A program made the position numbers and the translations under genes. Shown piece after piece: positions 40,761 to 54,300 of a DNA stretch of 64,000 nucleotides. This DNA comes from the human T2T-CHM13v2.0 reference genome, Homo sapiens: assembly GCA_009914755.4 (NCBI GenBank), contig CP068257.2, forward strand, positions 32,992,001-33,056,000, given 5' to 3'. Each line of letters opens with the position of its first letter. Position 1 is the first letter of the stretch. The notes beneath the pieces were generated by a model. The model saw only the letters and a list, made by a program, of their open reading frames with translations, ran no database searches and was not told where the DNA came from.

Positions 40761-42767
40761 AACCTGCAGTCCTCTCAAGAGAAATGTAGGTTTCACGTAA
40801 TGTACCACAGAGAAACAAATTCTAGTTTAAGGGTTCTTAACTTCATCTGATTTATGAGCCCTTTGCTAGTCTGGGAAACCCTTCTTTGAATAATGTTTTC
40901 AATGCAAAAATCAAAATGCATAGGATCTCAAGGGAAGCCAATTATATGGATACATAGTTATCAAATATTAAGAAATATGTGATACAGACACATAAGGTGT
41001 TTCTTTATGATTACAATAAATAAGATCAAGAGGCAGGTCTAATAACTACAGAAATTTCCAAGTAGTGATGAGTGTAAATAATATTTTGAGATGACTAACA
41101 TCTGTAATAAGTTATAAAAAATCTATGATTCTTCTTGGGGACAAAGTCACAAGTACAATTATTATTATTACCTTTTATTTCCTATATTCATAAAGAAAGG
41201 AAATGATAAATTTCAGTTTGAGGTTGGTAAACATAAAAATATGATTTTTCCTTATGAACTTTTTGAATTCTGTTTATGTATCTTTTGGGGACTTTGATCA
41301 TGCCACCTTAGAATTAGATGATCCAGCTCATTTTGTTGCTACAACTTTAGAGGGAAGCGGGGGGACTCCTTTTTGCTGACTCCCATTCTGCAGACATAGA
41401 AGTCTTTTCTCTGCAGACTCGCATCTGTGGATTAGTGCATAACCCACCTATTTCAAGCAGCTACATAGTCTCTACTTGTTACTGTGACTCCAGAAACTTC
41501 TCAGTTTACAACAGTCTAACAATTATGCCTTCAAATCTGATGCAAGAGAACTTGAACAAAGCCCCCAAAGTCCTCTGATAGGTGAAACGTCCAATCTTAT
41601 CTCTACTGAGGAGAGCTGCCACCTGAATTTATAGCAGTGTACACTCACTTAAAGCAAAAGTGAAAAAAATACAAAGAAGAGTTTAGCTAGGCATAGAAAA
41701 AATGCAATGGGTATTTTGTGAGTTCTGAGTTTCTCTTGAAATGTGAGCCAATTTGATTCTGGGAAAATTCAACTTCCTTGTTTGAAGACAGCTTATGAAA
41801 TGGCTTTTGAGTTTTATGTATACCAAATGCTTCTGCACTCACCCAACAGGATTTTTTCAGGTGTAATGCATATACATGCACCAGAGAGTTACAGACTAGC
41901 AATGCCCTAAAACCACTTACAAGGATAAATAAATATGTCCAAAAAAATCAAATCTTCACAAAATATGGTTATTTTGAAGTATATCTCATCTCCCATTTTC
42001 TCACTCCACAAAAAAATCTAGGACCTTCCTCACTTCCTATCACGTGCCCAACTTACTTTTAGACGTACCAAGTTCCATATGGTCAGAATGTACCTAAATT
42101 ACATTCACTCACCAGAGCTCTCACATGGGGTAACTTCAAATAATTGTCAAAGATTCTCTACAAGAAAAATAGATTCCCACTTGGTCTTAGATGCCTTAAA
42201 ATTTTTAATGAGTGCAAAGCTTTTATTTCTCAAAGAGAGATAGGATTTAAAGTATCTCTTTTATTTCTCAAAGGGATAGGATTTTTGGGGTGATTGCTCA
42301 CTGACCTAGGTTCACTTGAAGGTATAGATGTTTGGTCCGTAGAGCAGTATTCCCAAACCTGAAAGAACAGGAGGCATTACTACAGAACCTACAGAACAGA
42401 CAACAGGGTCCTGCATCTGAGCAACTGGATAAATCATTTCTGAAAATAAGGCCTAGGAATCTTTCATTCAGACACACTTTCCTATCAATTCTGATGCACA
42501 GCTGTTTGGGCATCACTGCCTTTGAGCACTAAAAATCTAATGAAAAATATTTTACCTTTGTGTGTTCACAGTGTATGAACTTTGTTCACACAGATTCTTA
42601 CTTGGTCCCAAATAAACTTGTAAGGTATGTAGGGAAGAGATCACTTTCCAATAGTACAGGTTGGGAAACCAAGAATTAGAGGTGTTATGGGACTCATCCA
42701 AAGACATCTAGAGACTGAAAACAAAGAAAAGAGGGAGAAAAAAGTGCTGGTCTGCCCTTGATTTACC

Positions 42768-43050
42768 TTTTTTTGTGTATGTGTGAGGCAGATCTTTCTC
42801 TGCCTTCCAGGCTGGAATGCAGTGGTACAATCTTGGCTCACTGCACTTGAATCCTGGGTTCAAGTGATCCTTCCACCTCAGCCTCCTGAGTAGCTGAGAC
42901 TACAGGTGCCTGTCACCAAGTCCAGCTAATTTTTGTAAATTTTATAGAGATGAGGTTTTGCCATGTTAACAAGGCTGGTCTCGACCTCCTGGGCTCCAAC
43001 AATCCTCCCGCCTTGGCCTCCCAAACTGCTGGGATTACAGGCGTGAGTCA
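42768..43050 (-). mobile_element. Alu (older, AluJ-like), minus orientation
   Basis: ttttttgtgtatgtgtgaggcagatctttctctgccttccaggctggaatgcagtggtacaatcttggctcactgcacttgaatcctgggttcaagtgatccttccacctcagcctcctgagtagctgagactacaggtgcctgtcaccaagtccagctaatttttgtaaattttatagagatgaggttttgccatgttaacaaggctggtctcgacctcctgggctccaacaatcctcccgccttggcctcccaaactgctgggattacaggcgtgagtcaccactggc. Confidence 0.88.
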
Positions 43051-44740
43051 CCACTGGCTCCTAGGTTTATCTTAAAATTTTGTATAAAGGCAATCCCACA
43101 TGTTAATAAGAGATTGTTACTAAATGCCACAAGTGTCATCTGTGAAATTCAAGGACTTAAATAAAAAGCGGAGTTGTTAAAAAGCTGTTTTTTATTTACA
43201 AATGTAGTCAAGAACCTTCCAAAGAGGTGTTATGCTGGATGGTAAGCAAGTATTTCTTTCTGATTTTTCCTTTGTTGAAAGGAGCTGCCATCTACGACTC
43301 AGCAGAGGAAGGGCTGGTTGGCCCTCTTCTGAGGCTATCTTGGGCTCACTGAGAGACAGGCTCACAAATGGGGTTGCCCTAGGGTACTGGGTCAGGATAG
43401 AATAGGAGTGTTTTTGTTCTGAGGGTTAAAAAGAAGCTAGCCCACATCTAGGAGTGGCAATGGGGTGTGTTGCTGCTGGACTGTGCCCTAATGTCAGGCT
43501 CTTGGGGCCAGCTTGGGCTCCAGGAAGGGCTGGGTGTGTAAACGCATGGAAGGATTCCATGAGAACTGTGATGTGGGGGACACCTGGAGGGAACTGGAGT
43601 CAAAGAAAGAGTCATCTCCCCTCTAAGTTTTAGCCTCTGTGGGACTGAGAGCAGGTCTCTCTGTTGAGGGGAGAAGTGTCCCCTGTTTTGAGTATCAGCA
43701 TTGGGTGGAGGTGGGAAACCAGAGCAGGTTCTCCCTGAGGAAACTCCTGGGGTTCGGGCAAATCAAAAGAAGGGAGACCCAAGAGGAAGATATGCAAATG
43801 AGTCCCTGGAAAGGAAAAGGAGGCGGTTGCATTTAATTCTTGACTTTATAGATAGTTCACAAGCTAAGTTTCTAGCTCACCTCCACCTGGGTGTGAATTA
43901 CAGAAGAACTTGCCAGTAAATACGTATTTGATGGCTGGTTAAGAAATTGCATTGGCTGTGCAAACAATCCTAAAACATCTGGTCAGTTTAGACAGAAAAT
44001 CAAGTCAACTCAGTCAAAATATTATTCATTCATATAACAGATGATTATTGAGAGCTTCCTATTCACCCAGCACTGACTCAGGTGCTGAGGAAACAGCAGT
44101 GAACAAAAGCCAGGTTCCCTGCCATACTGGAGCTTCCTGTCTTGTGAGGGAGACAGTCAACAAATAGAACCCTGAGCAGGATGAAAAGATGGAGAGCGAG
44201 CGGAGTGCTTCACATAGTACATCAGGGAGGGCAGCCTTGAGGAGGTGACCTTAGCAAGGGAGCTAGGTGAAGTCATAACGTGAGTTCTGCGGAGACAGGG
44301 GTAGAGTGCTCCAGGCAGGAGCTCGTTCAGATTGAGTGCAGCACAGTGATGGGGAAAAATGAGGCAGGAGACAGAGGTCAGAGAGGGGAGGGGAGATGAT
44401 GCCCAGTTATGGAGACTTTCAGAGCCCCGGGAGATTTTCAGATTTGGTTCTAAGTGTAAATTGAAGCCACTGGAGGATTTCAGCAGAGCAGGGACATTAT
44501 CCGTTATCCATCCTATTATTACGACAGCTCAGGTTGTTGGGTTGAGAACAGGCCCTAGAGACAAGCATGGAGCAGGGAGAAGAGCTAAGATGCTATTGCA
44601 GTGATCCAGGCCACAGATGAAGGTGGTCCAGGCCAGAGATGAAAGTGGACCAGGCCAGAGCTGAAGCTTGGACCACCATTGACAAAGGTGAATCCAGCTC
44701 ATTCCTTCAGCTGGTGTGTAGACAATAAAGTCCCATGAGG

Positions 44741-44990
44741 GGTCAGGTGCAGTGACTCATACCTGTAATCCCAGCACTTTGGGAGTCTGAGGTGGGCAGA
44801 TCACTTGAGGTCAGGAGTTTGAGACCAGCCTGGCCAACATAAGGAAACTCCGTCTCTACTAAAAATACAAAAATTAGCCGGGTGTGGTGGTGTGCACCTG
44901 TAATCCCAGCTACTTGGGAGGCTGAGCAGGAGAATTGCTTGAACCTAGGAGGTGGAGGTTGCAGTGAGCCGAATTGCGCCACTGCACTTT
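44741..44990 (+). mobile_element. Alu, 3'-truncated (ends ...gccactgcacttt, no tail)
   Basis: ggtcaggtgcagtgactcatacctgtaatcccagcactttgggagtctgaggtgggcagatcacttgaggtcaggagtttgagaccagcctggccaacataaggaaactccgtctctactaaaaatacaaaaattagccgggtgtggtggtgtgcacctgtaatcccagctacttgggaggctgagcaggagaattgcttgaacctaggaggtggaggttgcagtgagccgaattgcgccactgcact. Confidence 0.88.
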
Positions 44991-45869
44991 GAAGCCTATT
45001 CAAAAGAACAAAATTTAGCCCCAGCGTTTGGGAGGCTGGCAGGGGCAGGAGTGAGCCTGCTGGATGGTGCTGTGGCACAGAGAGGCAGGTGGCTTCCCAA
45101 AATACGGTTCTACATGGAAATGGAGTGCAAAGTCTTACGTCATGACTGCGAGGAATTATTACTAAGATTGTTATTTTACTCAAGGCCCAAAAGTGATCAA
45201 GCTGCCCTAGTCGGAAACATTTTAGAAAATGTTGTATTAAAGAGTCAGTTTTTCACAATTCTTTTGTAACTTAATCCAGTTCAACTTCTGTCCTTTCACT
45301 CTGTGGCAACCCCTGTCCCCACTCCAGGACAACAACTACCTCCCAGGGTTGTGAAGAGTGTTAAATCACTTAAAATAAGATCTGATGTGTAAAGAGCCCT
45401 CTTTACAGAGGTAAAATGCAAGACATTTTATTTACAGGAGGGAGCTAGATGGAACAATCTTCAAAGTCTTTCAAGATTTAATACTCTAAAAGAGTGTGAG
45501 ATATTTACTGAGGACTTGCTGTATGGATGGCATGTGCTTGTCTGGCAGACCACATCTGGTTGGCAGGTGAAGGGTGAAAGTTCAAATGCTATCTCTGGGG
45601 ACAAGGGATCTGGGAACAATCCCAGCACTTGGATGCACAGCTGCTCCCTCTGGTTCGCTTTCTCCCGTCTTTGCATCTATTCATTGCCTTTTCTTCTGTT
45701 GGACTCTATTAACAAGGATTCAGCTTCCTGCCATTCCCCTAGAAACCAACTTTAAAGGAAAAAAAAAACAGCTTTAATCTTGTTTTTGGCAATCACGCTT
45801 GAAACAGAGAAATGAAAAATAATTAAAATCCTAATTTAAACTGCAGTAAAGGGAATATGAAGAGAATAA

Positions 45870-46226
<357 letters not shown>

Positions 46227-46465
46227 TGATGTCTTTTTTTTGCAAGATTGATAATTATATAATACATAGTTATACATAGTTTATTTAAATTAAGTTATTC
46301 TACTTGAAGTATTCACATTTTGGGGTTTTGTCCCAATAATATGATGCCAATTCATTAATATAATAAAACCAAATATCTATGTTGTTTTTCCCTAACATGC
46401 ATAATCATCAATTTGCTTTTGAAATTTTCCTTCATTGTTATCGACTACGTGCCAGGCATATCAGG

Positions 46466-46535
46466 CTTTTTCTTTTCTTCCCTCCCTCTTTCCCTCCCTC
46501 CTTTTCTTCCTCACTTCCTTTTTTCTTTCTTTCAA
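46466..46535. repeat. Polypyrimidine (CTTCC/CCTCC)n-like tract
   Basis: ctttttcttttcttccctccctctttccctccctccttttcttcctcacttccttttttctttctttc is about 70 nt of pure pyrimidine on the + strand. Confidence 0.85.
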
Positions 46536-47587
46536 TCAATAAGTCATTTTTTGTTCATTTGAAATTAGAAAATATACCATATTGATAACTAAAACTTAAG
46601 ACTTCAAGTATTATTTTTGCTTTCAATTTAAGCATTTTGTTTTTATGAAGACAACTGTTTAAGCCCCTCTATTTTGCTGTTTCTAATGTATTCTGGATTA
46701 AGAAACCAGATAACAGGTTAGAATGAATTTAGAATAAAGTTATAGCCTCCAAATGAGAGTCCAGGTTGTTCATCTTTGAAGAAAACATTCACACTTTTAT
46801 TTAAGATTCACACTTTTATTTAAGAGGCAAACTCTATTACATAGTTTTTGCTTTGGGAGATCTTTTTTGCTTACTCTTTGATTTTGGGCTTTATTCCACT
46901 CTGATTAGTGACTTCTAAATATGTGAGATGTTAGGTCATAGGATACAGAATTCAAGTGATAAAAGAATCCCAAGACCATCTGATCCAAGGTCTGCATCCA
47001 GAGTGGTACCCCATCAAGTGAAAGGGATTATCCAAAAGCACAGAACTCGTGGAGTCAAACACATATGTCTCCAAGGGGAATATGCAGCAAAGCCAAGTCT
47101 CTCACTACTGGCAGACCACCCTTCTTAGCCCTTATCTCTTTCTGGTCCACCTGGATTGAACTCAACCAAATTAAAAAGAAAAACTCAAATGTTAGTAAGA
47201 TACTCTACAATAGAATCATAAGCTAAATGATTTCATTTTATGTGTGCTGCATAAACACATTTTCAAACACTCAATTCCAAGTTTTTAAGAAATATAGTTC
47301 AAATTACGAGTAGTAAAAATAATTTTACAAAGTGTGGTCTTGACATATTTTGGCTTATAGGGTGTAGTTAGGGAACTTCAAAATAAATCTGCAATTTAAA
47401 CTATTGGTGAAGCATGGCATGAGACATCAGCATGAAACTACCAGAAACTCAAGAGTTTAGTCAACTTTTTCCATTCTGCAGAGTTACACAACAGGGCAGG
47501 AACCTTGGATTGTTTATGATTATTTCTCCAACACCAGTGAGTCTGTGTCACAAGAAAGGTCCTCAGAAAAAGTTCATGAAATGATAA

Positions 47588-47726
47588 ATGGATGTATGGG
47601 TGGATGGATGGATGGATGGATGGATGGGTGAATGTGTGGATGGGTGATGGATGGATGATGGATGAATGGATGATGGATGAATGGTTGGGTGGATGGGTGG
47701 ATGGATGGGTGGATAATGGATGGATA
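47588..47726. repeat. (GGATG)n / (TGGA)n compound microsatellite, ~140 bp
   Basis: atggatgtatgggtggatggatggatggatggatggatgggtgaatgtgtggatgggtgatggatggatgatggatgaatggatgatggatgaatggttgggtggatgggtggatggatgggtggataatggatggatag. Confidence 0.9.
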
Positions 47727-49949
47727 GCTCTTCTCAGTTTTGTGAATAGTATAGAAATAGTCTTTCTAGATCATAATTTTATGACTATATCATATAGAGA
47801 TGCCGACTTAATTTTGAGATACGCTACACGTTTTTTCCATGGATCTGTAGTCACAGGTAGAATGGTAAAAGCAAAAGATTGTAAAGTATCACAATGGCCA
47901 GCTTGCACATCTCTTGGCCATTCACAACTTACCTATCTCCTGGCAGATGAGGGATGTTTTCTGGATATATGGGAACCAGACACACTCTGGTGACATCCTT
48001 TCTCTTTAGCCTTATTTATCTGTTTTTTTCCCCCTAGTGTTTCCTGTAAGACATTGAAGTTTAGGAAATTGAATTATCTAAACTGTTATATGCCAGTAGG
48101 TGCTCAGGGCAGTGGATGTTGGCTTTTTTACAAAAGTCAGTCAAAGGATAACTATTTCATATTAATGTCATGTATTATAGAAGGATGAGGTCAATTTCAG
48201 TATCTGGCAGTGAAAAACAATAGGATCAGCCATCACCTGCAGGCAAATTAATAATTTTACTTGGCAATTGTGCATAAATTTCATGGCTGGCAAAACACTT
48301 TCACATCTTATATGTTTCAATGCTCGGAAGAACTCAATGCAGTAGTCTTATAACCAACAAGTAGCTTGCCCAAAATAACACAGCTGGTAAGCAGCGTAAC
48401 TGGGATTTAAACCCAGATTTCTAGATGCAAATCACATAATCTCTCCATCATCCCAAGGGGTCTCTCGTCAGGATTCATTGGTAATCGTAGGGAGATTTTG
48501 TAGGGATGATGGGTCCTCTCCACATAAACTATATTCCCTTATCTACACCTTCAAAGTTCCTGGTAGAGTCAACACATTGGATTAAGGCTTTTTCCATGGA
48601 ATACACTATAATAAGGGGGCTGGAGCGAGGCTGACCTTCCTCTAACACAACGATTAACAATTTTGGCTGGTTGATTCTTTGTTGAGGGGCTGTCTGTGCA
48701 TTGTAGGATGTTTTACAACTTACCTGGCCTCTACCTACCAGACGCCAGTAGCATCCTCCAATCATGGAAACTAAAACATGTGCCCAGACATTGCCAGATG
48801 ATCCATGGAGGGCAAAATCACCCCTTGTTGAAAGCCACTTCTCAAACCCATGACCACAGATCTGTTTCATCAGGTCAACATCCTTCACCATAAATTTCAG
48901 GGATCTGGAGGAGTGGAGGGTGGAGACTATAAGCTTGAGGTTTAAAATAGTTAATGAGACCTCAAGTTTTAAAAACTTGTAGAGAGCAAATACAGAGGAT
49001 TGAACAGTTTAGAAAAACACCACAATGCTAAGCAAATATCTTACAGATAGAGGTGAACAGTATAAAATGGAATTCCTGTCTTAAATTTTAGTATTGTTTC
49101 TATCTCCAGTAGTATCATTACTGTTGCTCCTGGCATCAGAAGTGAAGGTAATATGAGAATCAGAGGTTCAAACTGCAGTCTCCAGGAGTCCAGAAGCCAG
49201 CCTGATTCAAGGGTTACATACCCTTCCACACTTACCTTGGGGCTGACTAGGGAGCCATATTCTATCTGAGGCCTAGGATACTCCTATGTCTTTCCCTTTC
49301 ATATTATAGCATACTTTTCTAGAAGGGCTTTTGGCAAGTGGTCAGCAATAAAATCATGGAGGAATCTCATCTTTCTCTTCTTCCTCCTCTTCCTTTATTT
49401 TTTCAATAGTTGGACATGTTTGTTCAAAATCTAGTTTGTTTTGAGAACAGTGCAAGATCACATGGAACATAAAAAAGAAAACAAAAAATTCTTACTAACT
49501 AGATGAGTTCATGGTAAAGTGATTATATAATTCATTGTTCAAACTAGAGCATTTTTGAGAGTGACAGGGGGTGCTCTTACAATCACGCTTTTGAGACAAC
49601 AGGCATGATTTCTGGGACTGTCACTGGCTAAGTTGGACAAAGTGTTCCCCCTAGTTCTCCATGACTCTTTCAGCTCTTATTACACACTCCTGTCAAGATG
49701 TGACGGCTCTGTTCTCTGGGACAATACTAATAATGGGGTCATAATGTTAGCAATAACAAATGCTGTGCTAAGTTTGATACATATGTTATATCCAATTTAA
49801 AACTCACAGAAGAGGAGCTTTAGGATGGCTCATGAGAGGCATCTGGTACTCACTCCCTCCACAAACTAGGACCAAAATAGCAAGTAGATAATCATATTTT
49901 AAATAGATCACATAACAGAGAATGCTGGAATTCAACAGAGAAGTGATAG

Positions 49950-52900
49950 GAAACATCTAAGGCAAGGAGGAAGAGAGAAGTAAGGCAGAGAGCTCAGTTT
50001 TGATTGGCTAGGATCCTGGAGAGGCTCCCCAATGCAGGGAAAGGGTAAGTGAGTGACCCCCAGCAGCCTACATTTCCACTGCAAATCCCTGCAATCCTAC
50101 CCATGGGAAAGCTCCTCAATCCATGCCGGCTCTGAGATTAGCATGAGCAGCTAACTAAAGACCATGCACTGTCACAACATTGCTCCAGAGAGGGAGCTCA
50201 CATTGAGTACTACACACCCCCTGAGTCCTAAACAGCTACAGAAAGGTGCTATTTTGAGAGTCTAGACTCCACCAGAGTGCATCCTGCCCTGGGTCCCAAC
50301 AACCCCTGCATCTCCACATCCCTGGAGCCCCAATAACATCCACTCCTCATAGCCAGGTGCCACTGCTGGCTGCTGCCACTAGAGCCTAAGAACGGGCCAT
50401 TGGCGGTGATCCTGCCACCCCCAGAAGCAGGGCTGCTATGCGTTTACAAGTGCCCTGCAAAAAGGCTATGCAGCTTCACCTAGGGCTGAAGAGCATGCTC
50501 CCCAGCCACCTGTTTAAAGATGCTGCCACTGAAAGCAACCCTGCCCTCCTCAGCAGCAGGGCTGCAGTGCAGCTGCTGCCATCTTAACCTGAGTATTTCT
50601 CCAGGGGCCTGGAAATCACCTCATCTCTGCCTAACACAGCCAGTGCTTATACTCAGCCCAGTTCCATCCTCCCTCCCCAGTGTCTGAGCATGCTGCCTGG
50701 GGACCTGGAGAGCGCCCTGCCCCTGGAGATTGCCCTGCCCCATCATTGGCACCTGAGCACTCCTCCTGGGGTTCTAAGGATGGGCTGACCCAACCTGCTG
50801 CCACCACTACAGGTGGCACTCACTCGCACATGCCACCTGCAAGCCTGGGGACTGGCTTGCCCAGCCTGTCCCAGCCACTATCAACACCAGCACGGACCAT
50901 GTGAGAGCCAGATGATTGTCCCACCACTGCTACTGCCACTGCCCACACCATGCCCACTGCTCAAGAACCTGAGGATCTGTCCACCTACCTGGCCTACCAC
51001 TGCCACTTCTGCCACCCAAACAAGCCTCCTAGAGGCTCAAGAACTGGTTCACTTGGACCTGCTAACACCAGTGCTAGTGTATCCTGCCCTGAGGCTCAAG
51101 GACAAGCATGCTCAGTCCACTGCTGTCATCAATGCACTGGTACCCAAGGACTGGCTCATTTGATGTTCCTGTCCCCAGCAAAACACTTCACCATAGGCTT
51201 TACTAACACCACAGTCTAAGCCACTGAGGAAATCAAAGATGGCACAGATTCTGTTTACAACTGAAGAAATCATATGGAGAGTATACTACTGCACACACCA
51301 AGAATCAAAGCCAAAGTGCTGTGTGCTACTCAACCAATACCACAGATATATCTTTAGCAAAAAAATCCTCTCCTATTATAACAAGTTCAAAAAATTGAAA
51401 GAAGCAACCACTACACCAGATGTGCAGATATCAATGTAAGGACATAAGAAACATGAAAAAACAAGAAAATATGGTAACTCCAGAGGAAGACATTAATACT
51501 CCAGCAACAGATTCCAATGAAAAAGAAATATATGAAATCCCAGGGGAAGAGTTCAAAATAATGATATTAAAGAAGCTCAGTAAGCTACAGGAGAACACAG
51601 AAAAACAATGCAAGGAAATGAAAAAAAACAATTCAGGGTATGAGTAAGAAATTTGCCAAAGAGATAGATATCATAAAAAAGAACCAAACAGAAATTCTTG
51701 AACTGAAGAATTTACTGAATGAAATATAAAATACAATCAAAAGTTCAAGAATAGACTATATCAAACAGAAAGAATTTTAGAACTTGAAAACAGGTGTTTT
51801 GAAATAACCCAGTCAGACAAAAATAAAGAAAAAGAATAAGAGAATAAACAAAGCCTATGTGACATATGGGACACCATAAAGTTATGAAATATTAAAATTT
51901 TTGGTGTCCCAGAATGCAATGAGACAATGAAAGGGACAGAAAATTTATTTAATGAAATTATAGCTAAAAAATTCAACAGAATTAGACATCCAGATACAGA
52001 AAGCTCAGAGATTCCCAAATAGATACAATTCAAAAAGGTCTTCATGGCACATTATCATCAAACTGTCAAAAGGCAAAGACAAAGACAGAATTCTAAGACC
52101 ATCAAGAAAAATGTATAAAGTTACTTATAAGGGAATTCCCCTTAGACTAACAGTGTATTTGTCAGCAGAAACCTTACGGGCCAGGAGAGAATGAGACGCT
52201 ATATTCCAAGTGCTGATAACAACCAAACTACCCAATTTGCCAGCTAAGGATACTATTCCCAGCAAAGTTATCCTTCTTAAATGAAGGAGAAATAAAGTCT
52301 TTCCCAGACAAGCAAAAGCTGAGGGAATTCATCACCACTAGACTGGTCCTACAAGAAATGCTTCAGGGAGCCCTATATCTGGAAATGAAAAGATAATATC
52401 TACCATCATGAAAACACATGAAAGTATAGAACCCACTGGTAGAGCAGACACACAAGTGGGAAGAAAAAGGACTCAAATGTTACCACTACAGAACACCACC
52501 AAACCACAATGATGAATAATAAGAGATAAATAAAGGAACAAAGTATATACAAGACAACCAGAAATCAATTAATAAAATGACAGGAATAAGACTTCACATA
52601 TCAATAATAATATTAAATGTAAGTGGATTAACTTTCCACTTAAAAGATATAGACTGGCTGAATAAATAAAAAACAAACACAAGCCAACTATATGTCACCT
52701 ACAAGAAACTCATCTCACCTGTAAAAACACAAATAGACTGAAAGTAATGTGATGGAAAAAGATATTCCATGCAAACAGAAACCAAAATCAAGCAGCAGTA
52801 GCTATACTCATATCAGATGAAACAGACTTTACGTCAAAAACGCAAAAAGAGATGAAGAAGGTTGTTATATAATGATAAAGGGATAAATTCAGCAAGAGGA

Positions 52901-54300
52901 TATAACAATTATAAACATATATGTATTAACACCAGAAAACCCACATATATAAAGCAAATATTATGAGATCTAAAGGCAGAGATAGACTTCAGTACAGTAA
53001 TAGTTGCAGACTTCAACACCCCAGTATCAGCATTATACAGATCATCTAGACAGAAAATTAGCTAAGAAACATTGGATTTAAACTGGCTAAGAACTCAAAA
53101 GCACAAACAACAAAACCAAAGACAAATGGGCTATATTAAACTAAAACGTTTCTGTACAGCAAGGGGAATAATCAACAGAGTGAAAAGACATTGTGTCAAA
53201 TCAGAGAAAATATAAACTATCATTTGATAAGGGACTAATATCCAGAATATACAGGAAACTCAAAAAACTCAACAGTAAAAAACCAAATAATACAATAAAA
53301 AAAGTGGGCAAAGGACATGAATAGACATTTCTCAAAAGAAGACATACAAATGACCAACAGGTATATGAAAAAATGCTCAACGTCATTAATCCTCAGGAAA
53401 ATGCATATCAAAATGACAATGAGATACCATCTTACTCCAGTTAAAATGGCTATTACTAAAAGACAAAAAAATCAGATGCTGATAAAGATGTGGTGAAAAG
53501 GGCACTGTTGGTGAGAGTGTAAATTAGTACAGCCACTATGGAAAACAGAATGGAGATTACCAAAAAACTAATAATAGAACTACTATATGATCCAGCAATC
53601 TCACTAAATGGTTATTTATCCAAAGGAAAAGAAATCAGTATAAAAAAGGGATGCCTGCACCCCCATGTTTATGGTGGCACTATTTACAGTAGCCAAGATA
53701 TGGAATCAACCTGTGTCCATCAACAGAGGAATGGATAAGGCAAGTGTGGTATATATATATACACACAATGGAATATTATGTGGCTATAAAAAGAATGAAA
53801 TTATGTCATTTGCAGCAACACAAATGGAACTGAAGGTCACTATGAAGGTCATTATGTTAAGGTCAAAATGTTGTATGTTCTCACTCCTATGTGGGAGCTA
53901 AAATGGTTGGTCTCATGGAGGTAGAGAGTAGAATGATAGATACCAGAGGCTGCAAAGGGAGTGTGGGTGAGTAGGACGATGAAGAGAAGTAGGCTAATGG
54001 GTACAAACATACAGTTAGATAGAAGGAATAAGCTTTAATGTGTGGTAGCACAGTAGGGTGACTATAGTTAAGTTAACAACAATATATTGTCTATTTCAAA
54101 ATAACAAAGAGAGAGGACCTGAACTGGTCCCAACACATAGAAATGATAAATACTTTAGGTAATGGATACCTTAAATACCCTGACTTGATCATTACACATT
54201 CTACGCATGTAATAAAATATCACATGTACTGCATAAATAATGTACAAATATGTATCAGTGAAACAACTGACAATGACAAGGTTCCTTTTATAACCCTCAC
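49950..54300 (+). mobile_element. Near-full-length older primate L1 (L1PB/L1MA-like), with a large deletion inside ORF2. Both ORFs are broken by stops and frameshifts, so it is not retrotransposition-competent.
   Basis: 49.95-51.23 kb: GC-rich repetitive 5'UTR of the older-L1 type (...cctgccc...ctgctgccac... motifs). 51.24-52.45 kb: ORF1 region; translation shows ...PEEDINTPATDSNEKEIYEIPGEEFKIMILKKLSKLQENTEKQCKEMKK.... 52.5-53.09 kb: ORF2 N-terminal endonuclease region (...ISIIILNVSGLTFHLKDIDWLNK.KNKHKPTICHLQETHLTCKNTNRLKVMGWKKIFHAN...). At ~53.09 kb the sequence jumps to the ORF2 C-terminal segment (...tatgatccagcaatctcactaaatggttatttatccaaaggaaaagaaatcagtataaaaaagggatgcctgcacccccatgtttatggtggcactatttacagtagccaagatatggaatcaacctgtgtccatcaacagaggaatggataaggcaagtgtggtatatatatatacacacaatggaatattatgtggctataaaaagaatgaaattatgtcatttgcagcaacacaaatggaactgaaggtc...), followed by the 3'UTR. 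Confidence 0.85.

Noticed and set aside
47592-47993. 133-aa ORF starting [31 protein letters not shown]
   Set aside because: Direct translation of the (GGATG)n microsatellite, with no coding signal.
48529-48891. 120-aa minus-strand ORF (MVKDVDLMKQICGHGFEKWLSTRGDFALHGSSGNVW...) that briefly looked like a possible pseudogene fragment
   Set aside because: The underlying DNA (...gctgtctgtgcattgtaggatgttttacaacttacctggcctctacctaccagacgccagtagcatcctcc...ccagacattgccagatgatccatggagggcaaaatcacccc) is a copy of an old interspersed repeat that also occurs at ~37060-37150 in this window (...gtgacaaccaaaaatgtctccagacattggcacattgcccc...). It is a repeat-derived ORF.
51239-53901. Multiple 60-95 aa ORFs (51239-51439, 51420-51647, 53538-53738, 53665-53901, etc.) with L1 ORF1/ORF2-like peptides
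   Set aside because: Fragments of the decayed L1 at 49.95-54.3 kb. They are interrupted by stops and frameshifts, and the RT core is deleted, so there is no intact ORF1p or ORF2p.
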